Below, piece after piece: positions 37,030-47,405 of a stretch of DNA of 64,000 nt. The position numbers and the translations under genes are program-made. The notes beneath the pieces are model-generated. The model ran no database searches. It was not told the origin of the DNA and was given only the letters and a program-made list of their open reading frames with translations. Each line of letters begins with the position of its first letter. The stretch's first letter is position 1. Source of the stretch: Candidatus Binatia bacterium (lineage in GTDB: Bacteria > Desulfobacterota > Binatia > Bin18); NCBI GenBank assembly GCA_963664395.2, contig OY761159.2:4032001-4096000 (forward strand). Reading direction: 5' to 3'.

Positions 37030-40000
37030 ATGCGATGTCTCCACTGTGACACTGACAATCCGGACGGCGCAAAGTTTTGTATTGAATGCGGAACTGCGCT
37101 CCGGAACCGCTGTCCTTCCTGCGGCTTTGATAATGTCGCCAGAGCCAAATTCTGCATGGAGTGCGGTACGTCGCTGACTCCTCCCCAACCCCTAATCCCC
37201 AACCCTCAACCCCCAGCCCCCAACACCTATACGCCGCCACATCTGGCCGAGCGTATCCGCGCCGAGCAGGCCGCGCTCGAAGCACGTGGAGCGGTGGATG
37301 GCGAGCGCAAAACCATTACCGCGCTGTTTGCCGATATCAAAGGCTCGATGGACCTCATTGAGGACCTCGACCCCGAAGAAGCCCGCGCCATCGTTGACCC
37401 GGCCCTGCACCTCATGATGGCTGCGGTGCATCGCTACGAAGGCTATGTGGCCCAGTCCATGGGCGATGGCATTTTTGCACTCTTTGGTGCGCCTATCGCC
37501 CATGAAGACCATGCGCAGCGTGCCTTGTTTGCCGCGTTACGCATGCAGGAAGAGGGGAAAGCCTATGCCGAACGCCTCCGTCATGACAAAGGGATCAATC
37601 TTCAGATGCGGGTGGGCGTCAACACGGGCGAGGTCGTCGTGCGCTCGATTCGCAAAGACGACCTGCACACTGACTATGTTCCGGTTGGTCATTCGACCAG
37701 TTTAGCCGCCCGCATGGAAGGGCTGGCAACGCCGGGCTCTACCGTCGCCAGTGCGTATACCCACCAGCTTACTGAGGGCTATTTCGAGTTCAAGGATTTG
37801 GGTGCGGCGAAGATCAAAGGCGTGACTGAACCCTTGCAGATTTACGAAGTCCTCGGGGTTGGCGCGCTGCGCACCCGTCTCCAGGTGTCAGCCGCGCGTG
37901 GCCTGTCTCGCTTTGTTGGTCGGAAGAAAGAACTTGACCATCTCAAACAGGTCCGCGCACAAGCGATAAACGGACAGGGCCAGATGGTCGGGGTGATGGG
38001 CGAGCCGGGAGTTGGCAAGTCCCGGCTGTTTCACGAATTCAAAGTGCTGTCTGAGAAGCACTGTCTTGTCCTCGAAACATTTTGTGCCGCCCATGGCAGC
38101 GGCTATGCGTATCTGCCCTTGATTGAGTTGCTGAGGAATTATTTCCATATTCGCCCCCAGGATGATGAACGCACGCTGCATGAAAAAGTCGCCGGACGCG
38201 TGGTTGCGCTTGAGCGTGCACTCGAAGACGGATTGCCCTATCTGCTCACCCTCTTAGGCCATTCGGAATTCACCGCGGCGCTACAGCAGATGGACCCCCA
38301 CATCCGCCAACAACGCTCCTTTGACACCATCAAACAGCTCCTGGTGCGTGAAAGCCTCAGCCAGCCGGTCGTGCTGATTTTTGAGGACCTGCAATGGCTG
38401 GACGAGGGCACGCAGGCCTTTCTGGATGACCTGAGTGAGAGCCTGGCCACCGCGCAAATGGTCCTGTTGACGAACTATCGCCCGGAGTATCGGCATGCGT
38501 GGGGCAGCAAGACCTATTACAGCCAGCTCCGACTCGATGCGCTGGGTATGGAAGAGGCCAAAGAACTCTTGGCCGTGCTCCTGGACGAAGCAAACTGGAC
38601 TGTCACCGCCGCTTCGCTGGAGCCACTCAAACAGCTCATATTGGAGAAAACAGAGGGGACGCCATTTTTTATGGAAGAAATGGTTCGGGCGCTGTTTGAC
38701 CAAGGTGTCCTGGTCCAAGGGATGGGCGGTATTGCCCTCACCAAGTCGCTTGATGAGATCCATATCCCGGCGACCGTCCAGGGAGTTCTGGCCGGTCGCA
38801 TCGACCAATTAGGCGCAGCAGAAAAAGAGCTGCTCCAGACCGCGGCAGTGATTGGCCGGGAGTTCTCGCTCAGCCTGCTGACCCAGGTCGCCCACGCGGC
38901 TGAGGAGATACTCGTGCCCCTGCTCTCCCGTTTGCAAACGGCCGAGTTTATCTATGAGCAACCCGCCTTTCCCGAAGTCGAGTATACCTTTAAGCACGCG
39001 CTCACCCAGGATGTTGCCTATGGCTCGCTGGTATCCGAACGCCGCCGGGAAGTGCACGCCCGGACGGCCCAGGCCATTGAATCCCTGTTTCACGAGCAAC
39101 TGACTGACCGCCGCCTCAGAGAACTCGCCTATCATTCGGTCCACAGCGGTAATGCGGAAAAAGCCGTCGAGTACTATCAACGCGCCGGAGAGATGGCGCT
39201 GAAGCACTCGGCGTATACGGAGGCGATTCGTGATCTCAACCATGCGCTGGACTTGCTCCCGACGCTGTCCCACACCCCGGACCGTCCGCAGCAAGAGCTG
39301 ACCCTGCTCATCTCACTCGGCTCGTGCCTGATGGCAACCAAGGGCTATGCCGCGCCCGAAGTGGAGATCGTGTACACCCGCGCCCGCGAATTGTCGCGCA
39401 CGATTGGGGACCTGCCGCAGAAGTTTCCCGTGCTTTTTGGTTTATGGCGTTTTTATCTTGTGCGTGGGGAGTATGCCGCCGCCGGGGAAGTGATTGAAAA
39501 GCTCCAACGCCTGTCCGAGTGTATGCCCGGCTCCCAGCAATTTCTGCCGGCCCAGCAGGCGCTGGGATTGACGGCCTTCCGGTTAGGCGAGTTTGCTGAC
39601 GCCAGGGTGCATCTGGAACGTGCCGTGGCCATGTATGATCCGGGTGTCCATGGCCCTGAGAATGCGCAGGGAGTGATAGGCCAAGACCCTGGTGTGGCCA
39701 GTCTGGCCTTTCTGGCCTGGATGCTGTGGCACCTCGGCTATCCCGCTCAGGCCCTCCAACGCAGCCAGGAAGCCATCGCGCTCGCACGCGAGATTTCCCA
39801 TCCGTATAGTTTGGTCTTTGCCTTGCATTTTGGAACGGCGGTCCATCGCTTTCGAGGTGAAGGGGCGATAGCCCAAACCCAGGCAGAAGGCGTTGTCGCG
39901 TTGGCGAGTGAGCAGGGATTTCCGTACTTCCAGGCCGCCGGGACCTATTTGCGCGGTTGGGCAATCGCAGAACAGGGGCAGGTAGAAGCGGGCATTGCCG

Positions 40001-40467
40001 ACATGCTGAAGGGCCGGCGCATATGGCAGGAGTCCGGTATTCGGCAGCTTGGCCAAGTGTCGCTGCTTTTGGCCGAAGCCTATCGCAAAGTCGATCGAGT
40101 CAAGGACGGCCTCGCCGTGTTGGCCGAAGCCGAAGCCGAGATGGACAAAAGTCACGAAAAATGGTGGCAGGCTGAATTGCTGCGCACGCGCGGGGAATTA
40201 TTACTCGCTTCCCAAGACGGCGAAAACAGCCCGGAAGTCACAGCCTGTTTTCAGCGCGCTATCCGGACCGCCCACAGTCAGCAGGCCAAGTCCCTGGAAC
40301 TCCGTACCTCGATTCGCCTGGCCACATTGTGGCAAGAGCACGGCAAGCCGGACGACGCATACCAACTCCTCTCGAATATCTATGGTTGGTTTACCGAGGG
40401 ATTCGATACGCCGGACCTGTGGGCCGCGAAGGAATTGCTGGATGAGCTGGCGCCCGTTCCTGCGTAG
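37030..40467 (+). CDS. Class III adenylate/guanylate cyclase with double zinc ribbon, AAA ATPase and TPR-like region
   Basis: Four CxxC pairs, LFADIKGS, GDG, RVGVNTGEV, GEPGVGKSRL, FEDLQW, C-terminal YGWFTEGFDT. Confidence 0.93.
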   Translation: MRCLHCDTDNPDGAKFCIECGTALRNRCPSCGFDNVARAKFCMECGTSLTPPQPLIPNPQPPAPNTYTPPHLAERIRAEQAALEARGAVDGERKTITALFADIKGSMDLIEDLDPEEARAIVDPALHLMMAAVHRYEGYVAQSMGDGIFALFGAPIAHEDHAQRALFAALRMQEEGKAYAERLRHDKGINLQMRVGVNTGEVVVRSIRKDDLHTDYVPVGHSTSLAARMEGLATPGSTVASAYTHQLTEGYFEFKDLGAAKIKGVTEPLQIYEVLGVGALRTRLQVSAARGLSRFVGRKKELDHLKQVRAQAINGQGQMVGVMGEPGVGKSRLFHEFKVLSEKHCLVLETFCAAHGSGYAYLPLIELLRNYFHIRPQDDERTLHEKVAGRVVALERALEDGLPYLLTLLGHSEFTAALQQMDPHIRQQRSFDTIKQLLVRESLSQPVVLIFEDLQWLDEGTQAFLDDLSESLATAQMVLLTNYRPEYRHAWGSKTYYSQLRLDALGMEEAKELLAVLLDEANWTVTAASLEPLKQLILEKTEGTPFFMEEMVRALFDQGVLVQGMGGIALTKSLDEIHIPATVQGVLAGRIDQLGAAEKELLQTAAVIGREFSLSLLTQVAHAAEEILVPLLSRLQTAEFIYEQPAFPEVEYTFKHALTQDVAYGSLVSERRREVHARTAQAIESLFHEQLTDRRLRELAYHSVHSGNAEKAVEYYQRAGEMALKHSAYTEAIRDLNHALDLLPTLSHTPDRPQQELTLLISLGSCLMATKGYAAPEVEIVYTRARELSRTIGDLPQKFPVLFGLWRFYLVRGEYAAAGEVIEKLQRLSECMPGSQQFLPAQQALGLTAFRLGEFADARVHLERAVAMYDPGVHGPENAQGVIGQDPGVASLAFLAWMLWHLGYPAQALQRSQEAIALAREISHPYSLVFALHFGTAVHRFRGEGAIAQTQAEGVVALASEQGFPYFQAAGTYLRGWAIAEQGQVEAGIADMLKGRRIWQESGIRQLGQVSLLLAEAYRKVDRVKDGLAVLAEAEAEMDKSHEKWWQAELLRTRGELLLASQDGENSPEVTACFQRAIRTAHSQQAKSLELRTSIRLATLWQEHGKPDDAYQLLSNIYGWFTEGFDTPDLWAAKELLDELAPVPA
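37183..37224. repeat. 6 x 7-bp STRR-like heptamers (CCCCAAC consensus) inside the cyclase gene
   Basis: CCCCAAC CCCTAAT CCCCAAC CCTCAAC CCCCAGC CCCCAAC. Confidence 0.85.
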
Positions 40468-40606
40468 GGCAGGGGTTAGGGGGCAGGGGTTAGGACACTT
40501 TGTCACAAGCATTGTAAACGTCTGTCTGACTTCCTATACTCGGCCTACTTTTCCTAAAAAGGAATCAACCGTCGGAGGGACGGTATCTCTCTCGGGGAGG
40601 TTTTTT

Positions 40607-42121
40607 ATGAGCAGTAATGGCGATACGAACGGGGCGAGCATACGCGCCCGGTTGCATCATCCGGTGATAGATGCAGACGGACATTGGCTGGAGTTTGGGC
40701 CAACGGTGCGTGAACAGTTGCAAAAAATCGGCGGCGCCAAGGCAGTCGAAGGTTTCTCCGTGTTCACCAAACTTGTCCAAGAGCACTTAAGCATGTCAGT
40801 GGCTGAACGGCGTCACCAGCGTGCTGCGCAGCAGGCCTTTTGGGGGATTCCAACCAGGAATACGCGTGACCGGGCAACGGCCATGATGCCGCAGTTGCTG
40901 TATGAACGCCTGGATGAGTTCGGCATAGACTTTACTGTTCTCTATCCTACGGCTGGGCTGGGATTGACCCGCGGTAGTGATACCGAACTCCGCAAGGCGT
41001 CCTGCCGGGCGTTTAATATTTTTAGCGCAGACTATTTTCGGGCTTATGCCGATCGCATGACCCCTACGGCAGTTATTCCGATGCATACGCCCGACGAGGC
41101 CCTGGAAGAAATCGACTATGTGACCTCGCAGCTCGGCATGAAGGTTGTCATGCTGGGCAGCATGATCAAACGGCCCATCCCTGCTGCGGTTGAACAGTAT
41201 CCGGGGGCGGAAGAGCTGCTGACGTGGCGTGACGTGCTTGGCCTGGACAGCGAATACGACTACGACCCGGTCTGGGAGACCTGTGTTGAACGTGGCCTGT
41301 CGCCGACGTTTCATACCGGCTCGCGTGGCTATGCGCTACGGATTTCGCCCTCTAATTTTGTGTACAACCACATTGGCCATTTTGCCGCGGCGAACGAAGC
41401 CGTGTGTAAAGCGCTCTTTCTCGGTGGCGTCACCCGGCGTTTCCCCACGCTCAAATTCGCCTTTTTGGAGGGTGGAGTCGGCTGGGCGTGTCAGTTGTAC
41501 GCCGACCTGATTGAACATTGGGAGAAGCGGAATATCGAGGCGCTGGCAGAGGTTGATCCAGCTCATCTCGACCAGCAACTGCTGGGCGAATTGGTGCGGC
41601 AATACGGCAACGCAGACATGGCCGAGGCGTTCAAGCAGCGCGAAGCGGCCTTGGACACCGTCCTGAGTTCACAAGGCGCGACTGCCATTGGCGGTATTGA
41701 TAATCTGGACGATTTTTCGGCCTGCGAGATCACGCAGGCGTCGGACATTCATGACTTGTTTGTCAAAAATTTCTATTTTGGCTGTGAGTCGGATGACAAG
41801 ATGAACGCCTGGGCCTTCAATCGACAGTGCAATCCGTTTGGGGCGCAGCTCAATGCGCTCTTCGGTTCGGACATTGGCCATTTTGACGTTGCGAATATGA
41901 ACCAGGTGGTGCCTGAAGCGTATGAGCTGGTTGAAAAAGGTCTGGTCAGTGACGCTGGTTTTCGTGACTTTATGTGCACCAATCCAGTCCGTTTTTGGGG
42001 TGAGGCCAACCCGGACTTTTTCAAAGGAACGGCGGTCGAAGAGACCGCTAGCGCGATTCTGTCGGAGGGGACAGTCGAAACGAGGCCGAACGGTCACGCG
42101 ACGAGTCAGTTGTCGAAGTAG
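40607..42121 (+). CDS. Amidohydrolase family protein
   Basis: PVIDADGH, VLYPT, FLEGGVGW, FGSDIGHFD. Confidence 0.9.
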   Translation: MSSNGDTNGASIRARLHHPVIDADGHWLEFGPTVREQLQKIGGAKAVEGFSVFTKLVQEHLSMSVAERRHQRAAQQAFWGIPTRNTRDRATAMMPQLLYERLDEFGIDFTVLYPTAGLGLTRGSDTELRKASCRAFNIFSADYFRAYADRMTPTAVIPMHTPDEALEEIDYVTSQLGMKVVMLGSMIKRPIPAAVEQYPGAEELLTWRDVLGLDSEYDYDPVWETCVERGLSPTFHTGSRGYALRISPSNFVYNHIGHFAAANEAVCKALFLGGVTRRFPTLKFAFLEGGVGWACQLYADLIEHWEKRNIEALAEVDPAHLDQQLLGELVRQYGNADMAEAFKQREAALDTVLSSQGATAIGGIDNLDDFSACEITQASDIHDLFVKNFYFGCESDDKMNAWAFNRQCNPFGAQLNALFGSDIGHFDVANMNQVVPEAYELVEKGLVSDAGFRDFMCTNPVRFWGEANPDFFKGTAVEETASAILSEGTVETRPNGHATSQLSK

Positions 42122-42141
42122 GGGCGGTGCGCACACTGCCC

Positions 42142-42837
42142 CTAGGCCATTAAGCGGGCGATATCTTCATCCAAACCGTTGCGTATCTGCTCTGCGAGCG
42201 CGTCCCGGGCGCGTCCCTTGGTGCGGCCGTAGGACGGCAGGTCGAGTGCCGCGAGGTGACGGGCTTCGCTGAGCGCTTCGTCCAAAAGGGTTTTGGCGGC
42301 GCACACCCGGTCCAAGAAGCCGACATCGACTGCCTCGGTTGGACTGTATAAGCGGGCTTGGATAACCGCATTGGTAAAGTGACGTTTGGACAACCGTTCA
42401 CGCGCGAACATCAGACCAAACTCAGGTAGCGTCATACCAATAGCGACTTCATTGAGTCCGATCTTGAAGTCGCCCTGGGTGCCCAAACGGGTATCGCAGG
42501 CGAGAAGCATAAAGCCGCCGGCGGCAATTGCGTGGCCGGTGCTGGCGGCCACAACCGGTTGAGGATGGGTGAAAATCTTGAGCAGCATTCTGGCACCGGC
42601 AGTCACGAGTGTGTATCCGGCCTGCGGACCGGACTGAAGAACCGACAGGTCAAACCCCGCGGAAAAACGACCGGGCCGTCCGGTCAGGACCACCGCCTTG
42701 GCTTCCTGCGCAGCTTGATCCAAAGCGTTATTCACGCCGTCAATCAGTGCATGGTTGACCGCGTTGGCCTTGCCGTCGTCAAGACGAAGAATGGCGATAA
42801 CATCGTTCAGTTCATAGTGCACAGGATTGTCTGACAT
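42142..42837 (-). CDS. Crotonase/enoyl-CoA hydratase family protein
   Basis: DDGKANA, FSAGFDL, GHAIAAG, IGLNEVAIG. Confidence 0.92.
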   Translation of the reverse strand: MSDNPVHYELNDVIAILRLDDGKANAVNHALIDGVNNALDQAAQEAKAVVLTGRPGRFSAGFDLSVLQSGPQAGYTLVTAGARMLLKIFTHPQPVVAASTGHAIAAGGFMLLACDTRLGTQGDFKIGLNEVAIGMTLPEFGLMFARERLSKRHFTNAVIQARLYSPTEAVDVGFLDRVCAAKTLLDEALSEARHLAALDLPSYGRTKGRARDALAEQIRNGLDEDIARLMA

Positions 42838-42857
42838 GGATTTTCTCCTTCGCAAAT

Positions 42858-43601
42858 TTAGTGTCCCTTATCCTGTAGCGTCTCTGCTGTATAGGTAAAC
42901 CGGACGCGGGTCTCTTGGGCCGTCCGGACTGAGATCGGCCGTGTCTGTTCTCCAAGCCGCTCGTGCCAGAGGCGCAAGCGATACGCTCCCGGAGGGATGT
43001 GGCTGATGCCGAACCGACCGGCGGCATTCGTTACTGCGGTATAGGGATGGTCGGTGACAATGATATGCGCGCGCATCCAGGTATGCAGTACATCACAATC
43101 GATGAGAACATGACCCGGTTGCGTAAAACGATAGGCTTTCTCCGACCAGTATGGCAGGCCCAGATTAAACACGGTCTCGTAGCCATTTTGACGGGCATGG
43201 ACATTATGCAGGATGAAGTCGCTGTTCCGAAGTTCGAGCATTTGCCCGACGGTTATGGTTTGTACGCGCGGGACAAAGGCACAGCTTTTGTTATCCAGCA
43301 GTGCGGGAAGGGCGGGGCTGCCTTTGACGGCGTGGACGCCTTCAAGAACGACAACGACATTCTTGAGTCCGCGCTGAGCATCGATCAGCAGACTCTCGTC
43401 AGGTATGCTTTCTCCGCAGACTTCCTTGTTTTTGTGAACGGGCAGGGTGACCGGTGGTGGCGCTTGACCGTCGAATACGACCTGTCCGCTTATGCTGCTG
43501 CCATGCTCTACTGTGATTTCCCGGTAGGCATGGGTAGGTGGGACGAGGGTAAATAATATGAGTTGGCTGGCGTACCAGCATACTGATTTGTAAGGCGTCA
43601 C
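42858..43601 (-). CDS. Exported protein with cupredoxin-like and carboxypeptidase-regulatory-like domains
   Basis: Signal-like N-terminus, CAFVPRV, LHNVH, CDVLHTWM, PPGAY..WHE. Confidence 0.75.
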   Translation of the reverse strand: MTPYKSVCWYASQLILFTLVPPTHAYREITVEHGSSISGQVVFDGQAPPPVTLPVHKNKEVCGESIPDESLLIDAQRGLKNVVVVLEGVHAVKGSPALPALLDNKSCAFVPRVQTITVGQMLELRNSDFILHNVHARQNGYETVFNLGLPYWSEKAYRFTQPGHVLIDCDVLHTWMRAHIIVTDHPYTAVTNAAGRFGISHIPPGAYRLRLWHERLGEQTRPISVRTAQETRVRFTYTAETLQDKGH

Positions 43602-43641
43602 GCTTTATACATGACGGCTTTCGTGAAGGCGGGTCAAGTCA

Positions 43642-45036
43642 TCACTCCACCGACAAGCCCTCAACCCAGTTGGCGTGAAAGCCGTACGGCACCCGGTGGG
43701 GGAGGTGAACGGTGGCCAGTGGCTCGTGCGCGATATTTTCGGCGTCGAGAATGACCAGATCGCTCCGATTTTCCTCTTTGCGGTACACTCCCACGAGCAG
43801 AAAGCCTTCGCCTTCGGCTGACTGCGTGGAGCGTGGAACAAAAATCGGCTCCGAGGAATAGCTGTTCGGACCGAACGCATGAGTATGGGAGCGACCGTTT
43901 GCATGGTCATACCCAATGACCGTGTTAAAAAGACCTTCCGAGGGAGGAACGGCACCCTCTTGGCCCGCCGCATACCCCTTCCGATAGGGCAGGCCGGCAT
44001 AGCGTTCGTCCAGGCGGGGAAACTCGCTGAGGCGGTCGTCCCGTTGCGCCTGGGTGATCGAGCGGTCCGTCAGGTCAAGCGACCAGCGAGTGAAGACCGG
44101 GATATTGGTCTCCAGGTCTCCTTCGGCAACCTGAAACAGTGGCAGCAGGCGAAACTGACACACGTCGGCAATGACCGTATTGCCCTGGGTGTAGGCATTC
44201 ATGGCATGAAACACAAAGCAGGGGTCGGTTTCAAACCAGACGATATCAGCGCTGCCTCCGTTACGTGGCATGACCCCGATGCGGGTTCCCAGTTCCGGTT
44301 CCCAGCGTACAGGAGAACCGGAGATCAGATTTTCCGGGCGGAGCGTGGCCGGAAAGACCATGAAGATGACGTGCTCTCGGGTGACAATGAAATCGTGCAT
44401 CATGGTCGGCACCGGAAGGTGAATCTCTTCGCTCCGGGTCAGAGCGCCGTCCGCACAGGCGACCGCGTAGCGCACATACGGCGGGAACGGCCCGTAGCCA
44501 AAAAAGAGGAGTTCGCCCGTTTCCGGATCGACCTTGGGATGAGCGGTCATCGCCCCCTGGAGCTTGCCGTGAAAATCGTACACGCCAATGGTTTCGAGCG
44601 TTGATGGGTCAAGTTCATAGGGCGGGCCGCCTTCCCATAAGGCGAGCAGTCTGCCGGCATGGAAGACGATATTGGTATTAGCCGCATTCGGAAAAACGCC
44701 CTGGGCTCGTTCGTCCGTATTGCTCAGGTCGCTGAGGCCGGCAAAGAGCGCTTCCCCGTGTTGGCGTTCGAGTGTGAACCGTTCCGTGCGGACCCAACGA
44801 TTCCGATAATGCGCTCTGCCTGCACTTAGAGTAAACGCATGGATCATGCCGTCACCGTCAAACCAGTGATACTGTCCGCGCGGCGCAAACTGCGGGTTTG
44901 AGCCGTTCCGGTACAGGGTGCCGTTTAACTCGGCTGGGATTTCGCCCGTGACGACCAGGTCGTGAATCTCGCCTTCCATGGGCCAGGGGGCATAATTCCC
45001 CTGGAGAAATGGATCGTCAGGAAAAGGCCGGCTCAT
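43642..45036 (-). CDS. Carotenoid/lignostilbene cleavage oxygenase (cytoplasmic)
   Basis: HWFDGDGMIH, TAHPK, MMHDF, FHAMNAY, EFPR, PYGFHANW (four-His iron site). Confidence 0.93.
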   Translation of the reverse strand: MSRPFPDDPFLQGNYAPWPMEGEIHDLVVTGEIPAELNGTLYRNGSNPQFAPRGQYHWFDGDGMIHAFTLSAGRAHYRNRWVRTERFTLERQHGEALFAGLSDLSNTDERAQGVFPNAANTNIVFHAGRLLALWEGGPPYELDPSTLETIGVYDFHGKLQGAMTAHPKVDPETGELLFFGYGPFPPYVRYAVACADGALTRSEEIHLPVPTMMHDFIVTREHVIFMVFPATLRPENLISGSPVRWEPELGTRIGVMPRNGGSADIVWFETDPCFVFHAMNAYTQGNTVIADVCQFRLLPLFQVAEGDLETNIPVFTRWSLDLTDRSITQAQRDDRLSEFPRLDERYAGLPYRKGYAAGQEGAVPPSEGLFNTVIGYDHANGRSHTHAFGPNSYSSEPIFVPRSTQSAEGEGFLLVGVYRKEENRSDLVILDAENIAHEPLATVHLPHRVPYGFHANWVEGLSVE

Positions 45037-45734
45037 TTCGTCCTCCTGCTGGCTCTTGGTCGAGAGGTTTTCGTGGTGGTACGCGAGGCTGTTCCGGTCG
45101 GACCACGCTTGGGCTGGGAGCGCTCCTGAAGGGGCTGCATTTGGGTACTGAGTAGTCCCATCATCCAGTGGTTTGCGGAAAGATCAAACAACGCAAACAC
45201 CTCGTCGGTCTGAGCGGAGGGTAATCGTCCGGCGAGGGCCAGGGAGGTGAGACCGTGGACCATTATCCACAAGACATTGGCTTCCTTATCAATATCAATA
45301 CCTTGAAATCCACGCTCCTCAACCCAGGTCTTCAACGTCGCCCGCATCACGGCCCAACTCTGCCGCATGCGCTCACGCTGATGCGGCATACCCATCGTTT
45401 CCAGGCTCATGTCCTGGAATATGAGCTGATAAAAGGTAGGATTTTGCAGCCCAAAACGAATATAGCGCCGGCCCATCTGGAAGAGCTGTTCCTCTAATGT
45501 AGGCTCTGCGCGGGCAAGCTCCATCTCGGCGGTGAGTAAGTCACCCGCCTGTAATTTGAGCGTCAGGAGCAGTTCTTCCTTGCCGGTAAAATGCTGATAG
45601 ATGGCCGTAGCGCTATAGCCCAACAGGCCGGCCACCGCGCGCATGGTGAGGCCAGTAGCGCCTTTTTCTTCAACAATCCGTAAGGCCGCCTGAAGGATAT
45701 CTTCTCTGAGGGTTGGATTCGCAGCGCGTGGCAT
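45033..45734 (-). CDS. TetR/AcrR family regulator (WHG-like C-terminal domain)
   Basis: HTH LTMRAVA...AIYQHFTGKEEL; WIMVHGL. Confidence 0.9.
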   Translation of the reverse strand: MPRAANPTLREDILQAALRIVEEKGATGLTMRAVAGLLGYSATAIYQHFTGKEELLLTLKLQAGDLLTAEMELARAEPTLEEQLFQMGRRYIRFGLQNPTFYQLIFQDMSLETMGMPHQRERMRQSWAVMRATLKTWVEERGFQGIDIDKEANVLWIMVHGLTSLALAGRLPSAQTDEVFALFDLSANHWMMGLLSTQMQPLQERSQPKRGPTGTASRTTTKTSRPRASRRTK

Positions 45735-45791
45735 GGTGACTTCCGTTGTGAGACTATTAGCTACCAAGGTAAGGAGGAGAGGTCATCCTCC

Positions 45792-47327
45792 TTATAATGC
45801 CGCAAAATTCCCATGGAACCCGAGTGGTAGCCAATAGGGGAGACTGGCAATCGCCAGCGGACCGTCGGCTATATGGTTGGCATCAAACACCGCTACTTGG
45901 GTGCGCTTGCGTTTGCTGTCCAAGCCCGTCCCCACCAGCCAGCCGTCTGTTTCCGCAGTACCGCCGGGACGCGGAATGAAAATATGTTCTTCCACGCACA
46001 CCTCGGCTGGATACCGAAATATCTCACGCAGGCCACTTTCCAGGTCGTAGCGGCCCGCCGCATTGAATAAGGGGTGTGATACTGAGTTGTCGGGCTGGCG
46101 TAAAACGGAATATACAAATCGATTGCGGCGACCACTCCGGCGCGGATTAACCCGAGGGAACTCGGTTTCTCCACCGAGTGTCTCCTCCCGAGTCGTCCCC
46201 TTGTGTATATCCAGGCTTATCAGCGTACAGACCGGAGGAGCGCCCTGATGAAAATCACCGCCGTGCATGACGTTCCGCAAGCCGCCAAAGAGAGCCGAGG
46301 CGTCTTGCCGGCGACAGGCATCAAAGCGAATAACGCCATTTCCATCTTCCCAGGCATTGCCGTAGTGGAATGTAAAGCTGGGTGGCAGCTCCAGCGTATG
46401 ATACGTGCTGAGATCAGATTTCTTAAAAACTAAGACCTGGGTTCCCTGCTCCGGGTGCCAGACATGACTATCCAGGAAGGAGTGACCAGAAGCTATCCTT
46501 TCCCGGTCGAACAGCAAGGGAGGAATAACGAGAATCAGATGGCGCTGCGTGGCCAGAAAGTCGTGAACCATGCCGGCCTTTTTCAGTGGTACGGCTTCGA
46601 GCTGTTTTAAGTGACCTTGTGGAGAGATGTGGTATAGCAAGAGCATATTCCGAAACGGAGCCAGCCCAAAATTCCACAAGGTCCCGTCCGGTTCAATACG
46701 GGGATGGGCCGAGAAGGGCAGGCCGGCGGTTTCTTCAGACCAATAATGCGGTCCCCGCGTCTCCAAGGTGTCCGGGTCAAGAGCGTAGGCATCGCCAGCC
46801 TCCCAGAGGGCGAGTAACCGGCCGGCATGGGGGAGGGCGTTGATGTTTGCCGCGTTGACTTCCGCCGGACTGCGGGGCGGTTGTGCGCCTGGCGGGATCG
46901 TCCCAAAGCCCCATACCAATGGTTTTCCAGCCTGGGCTTCTCGCCGATATTTCTCCGTCTCAACAAAACGCCCGATATGCGACACGCCAGCGTCGGAGAA
47001 ACGAAACGCCTGAACCATGCCATCGCCATCAAACCAATGCTGATAACGCACAGTACCAACGACGTGTTTGGCCGGACCGTTCCGGTAAAACGTGCCTCGA
47101 AGCTGAGGCGGGATTGTGCCCTCGATAGTGAGCCGCGGGGTGTCAAAGCTCTGAGCTGCCGCGGTCTCAAAGCCGAGGAGCCAGGGATGTTCAGCCAGGG
47201 CGGTGTGAAAGGCGTCCGTCTGACCAATCTGCTCAGTCTGATTGGCGACTGCTGGAAGACGACCCGGATTGATGAGACCGGCTGCGCCGAGGGCCAATGC
47301 GGATTGTAAAAAATCACGCCGTCGCAT
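45792..47327 (-). CDS. Carotenoid cleavage oxygenase with a Tat signal peptide
   Basis: MRRRDFLQSALALGAAG, HWFDGDG, SAHP, MVHDF, FHYGNAW, LPLGFHG. Confidence 0.92.
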   Translation of the reverse strand: MRRRDFLQSALALGAAGLINPGRLPAVANQTEQIGQTDAFHTALAEHPWLLGFETAAAQSFDTPRLTIEGTIPPQLRGTFYRNGPAKHVVGTVRYQHWFDGDGMVQAFRFSDAGVSHIGRFVETEKYRREAQAGKPLVWGFGTIPPGAQPPRSPAEVNAANINALPHAGRLLALWEAGDAYALDPDTLETRGPHYWSEETAGLPFSAHPRIEPDGTLWNFGLAPFRNMLLLYHISPQGHLKQLEAVPLKKAGMVHDFLATQRHLILVIPPLLFDRERIASGHSFLDSHVWHPEQGTQVLVFKKSDLSTYHTLELPPSFTFHYGNAWEDGNGVIRFDACRRQDASALFGGLRNVMHGGDFHQGAPPVCTLISLDIHKGTTREETLGGETEFPRVNPRRSGRRNRFVYSVLRQPDNSVSHPLFNAAGRYDLESGLREIFRYPAEVCVEEHIFIPRPGGTAETDGWLVGTGLDSKRKRTQVAVFDANHIADGPLAIASLPYWLPLGFHGNFAAL

Positions 47328-47405
47328 GGGAGCCTCCTTTGAAATAGCGCAGCTCCACCCGGATATGGAGGTGAGTGTCACGACTGGGAGTCAACATCCC
47401 GGATC

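Noticed and set aside
40049-40606. N-terminal extension of the 690-aa amidohydrolase ORF
   Set aside because: Overlaps the cyclase gene; the start at 40607 has a GGGGAGG RBS.
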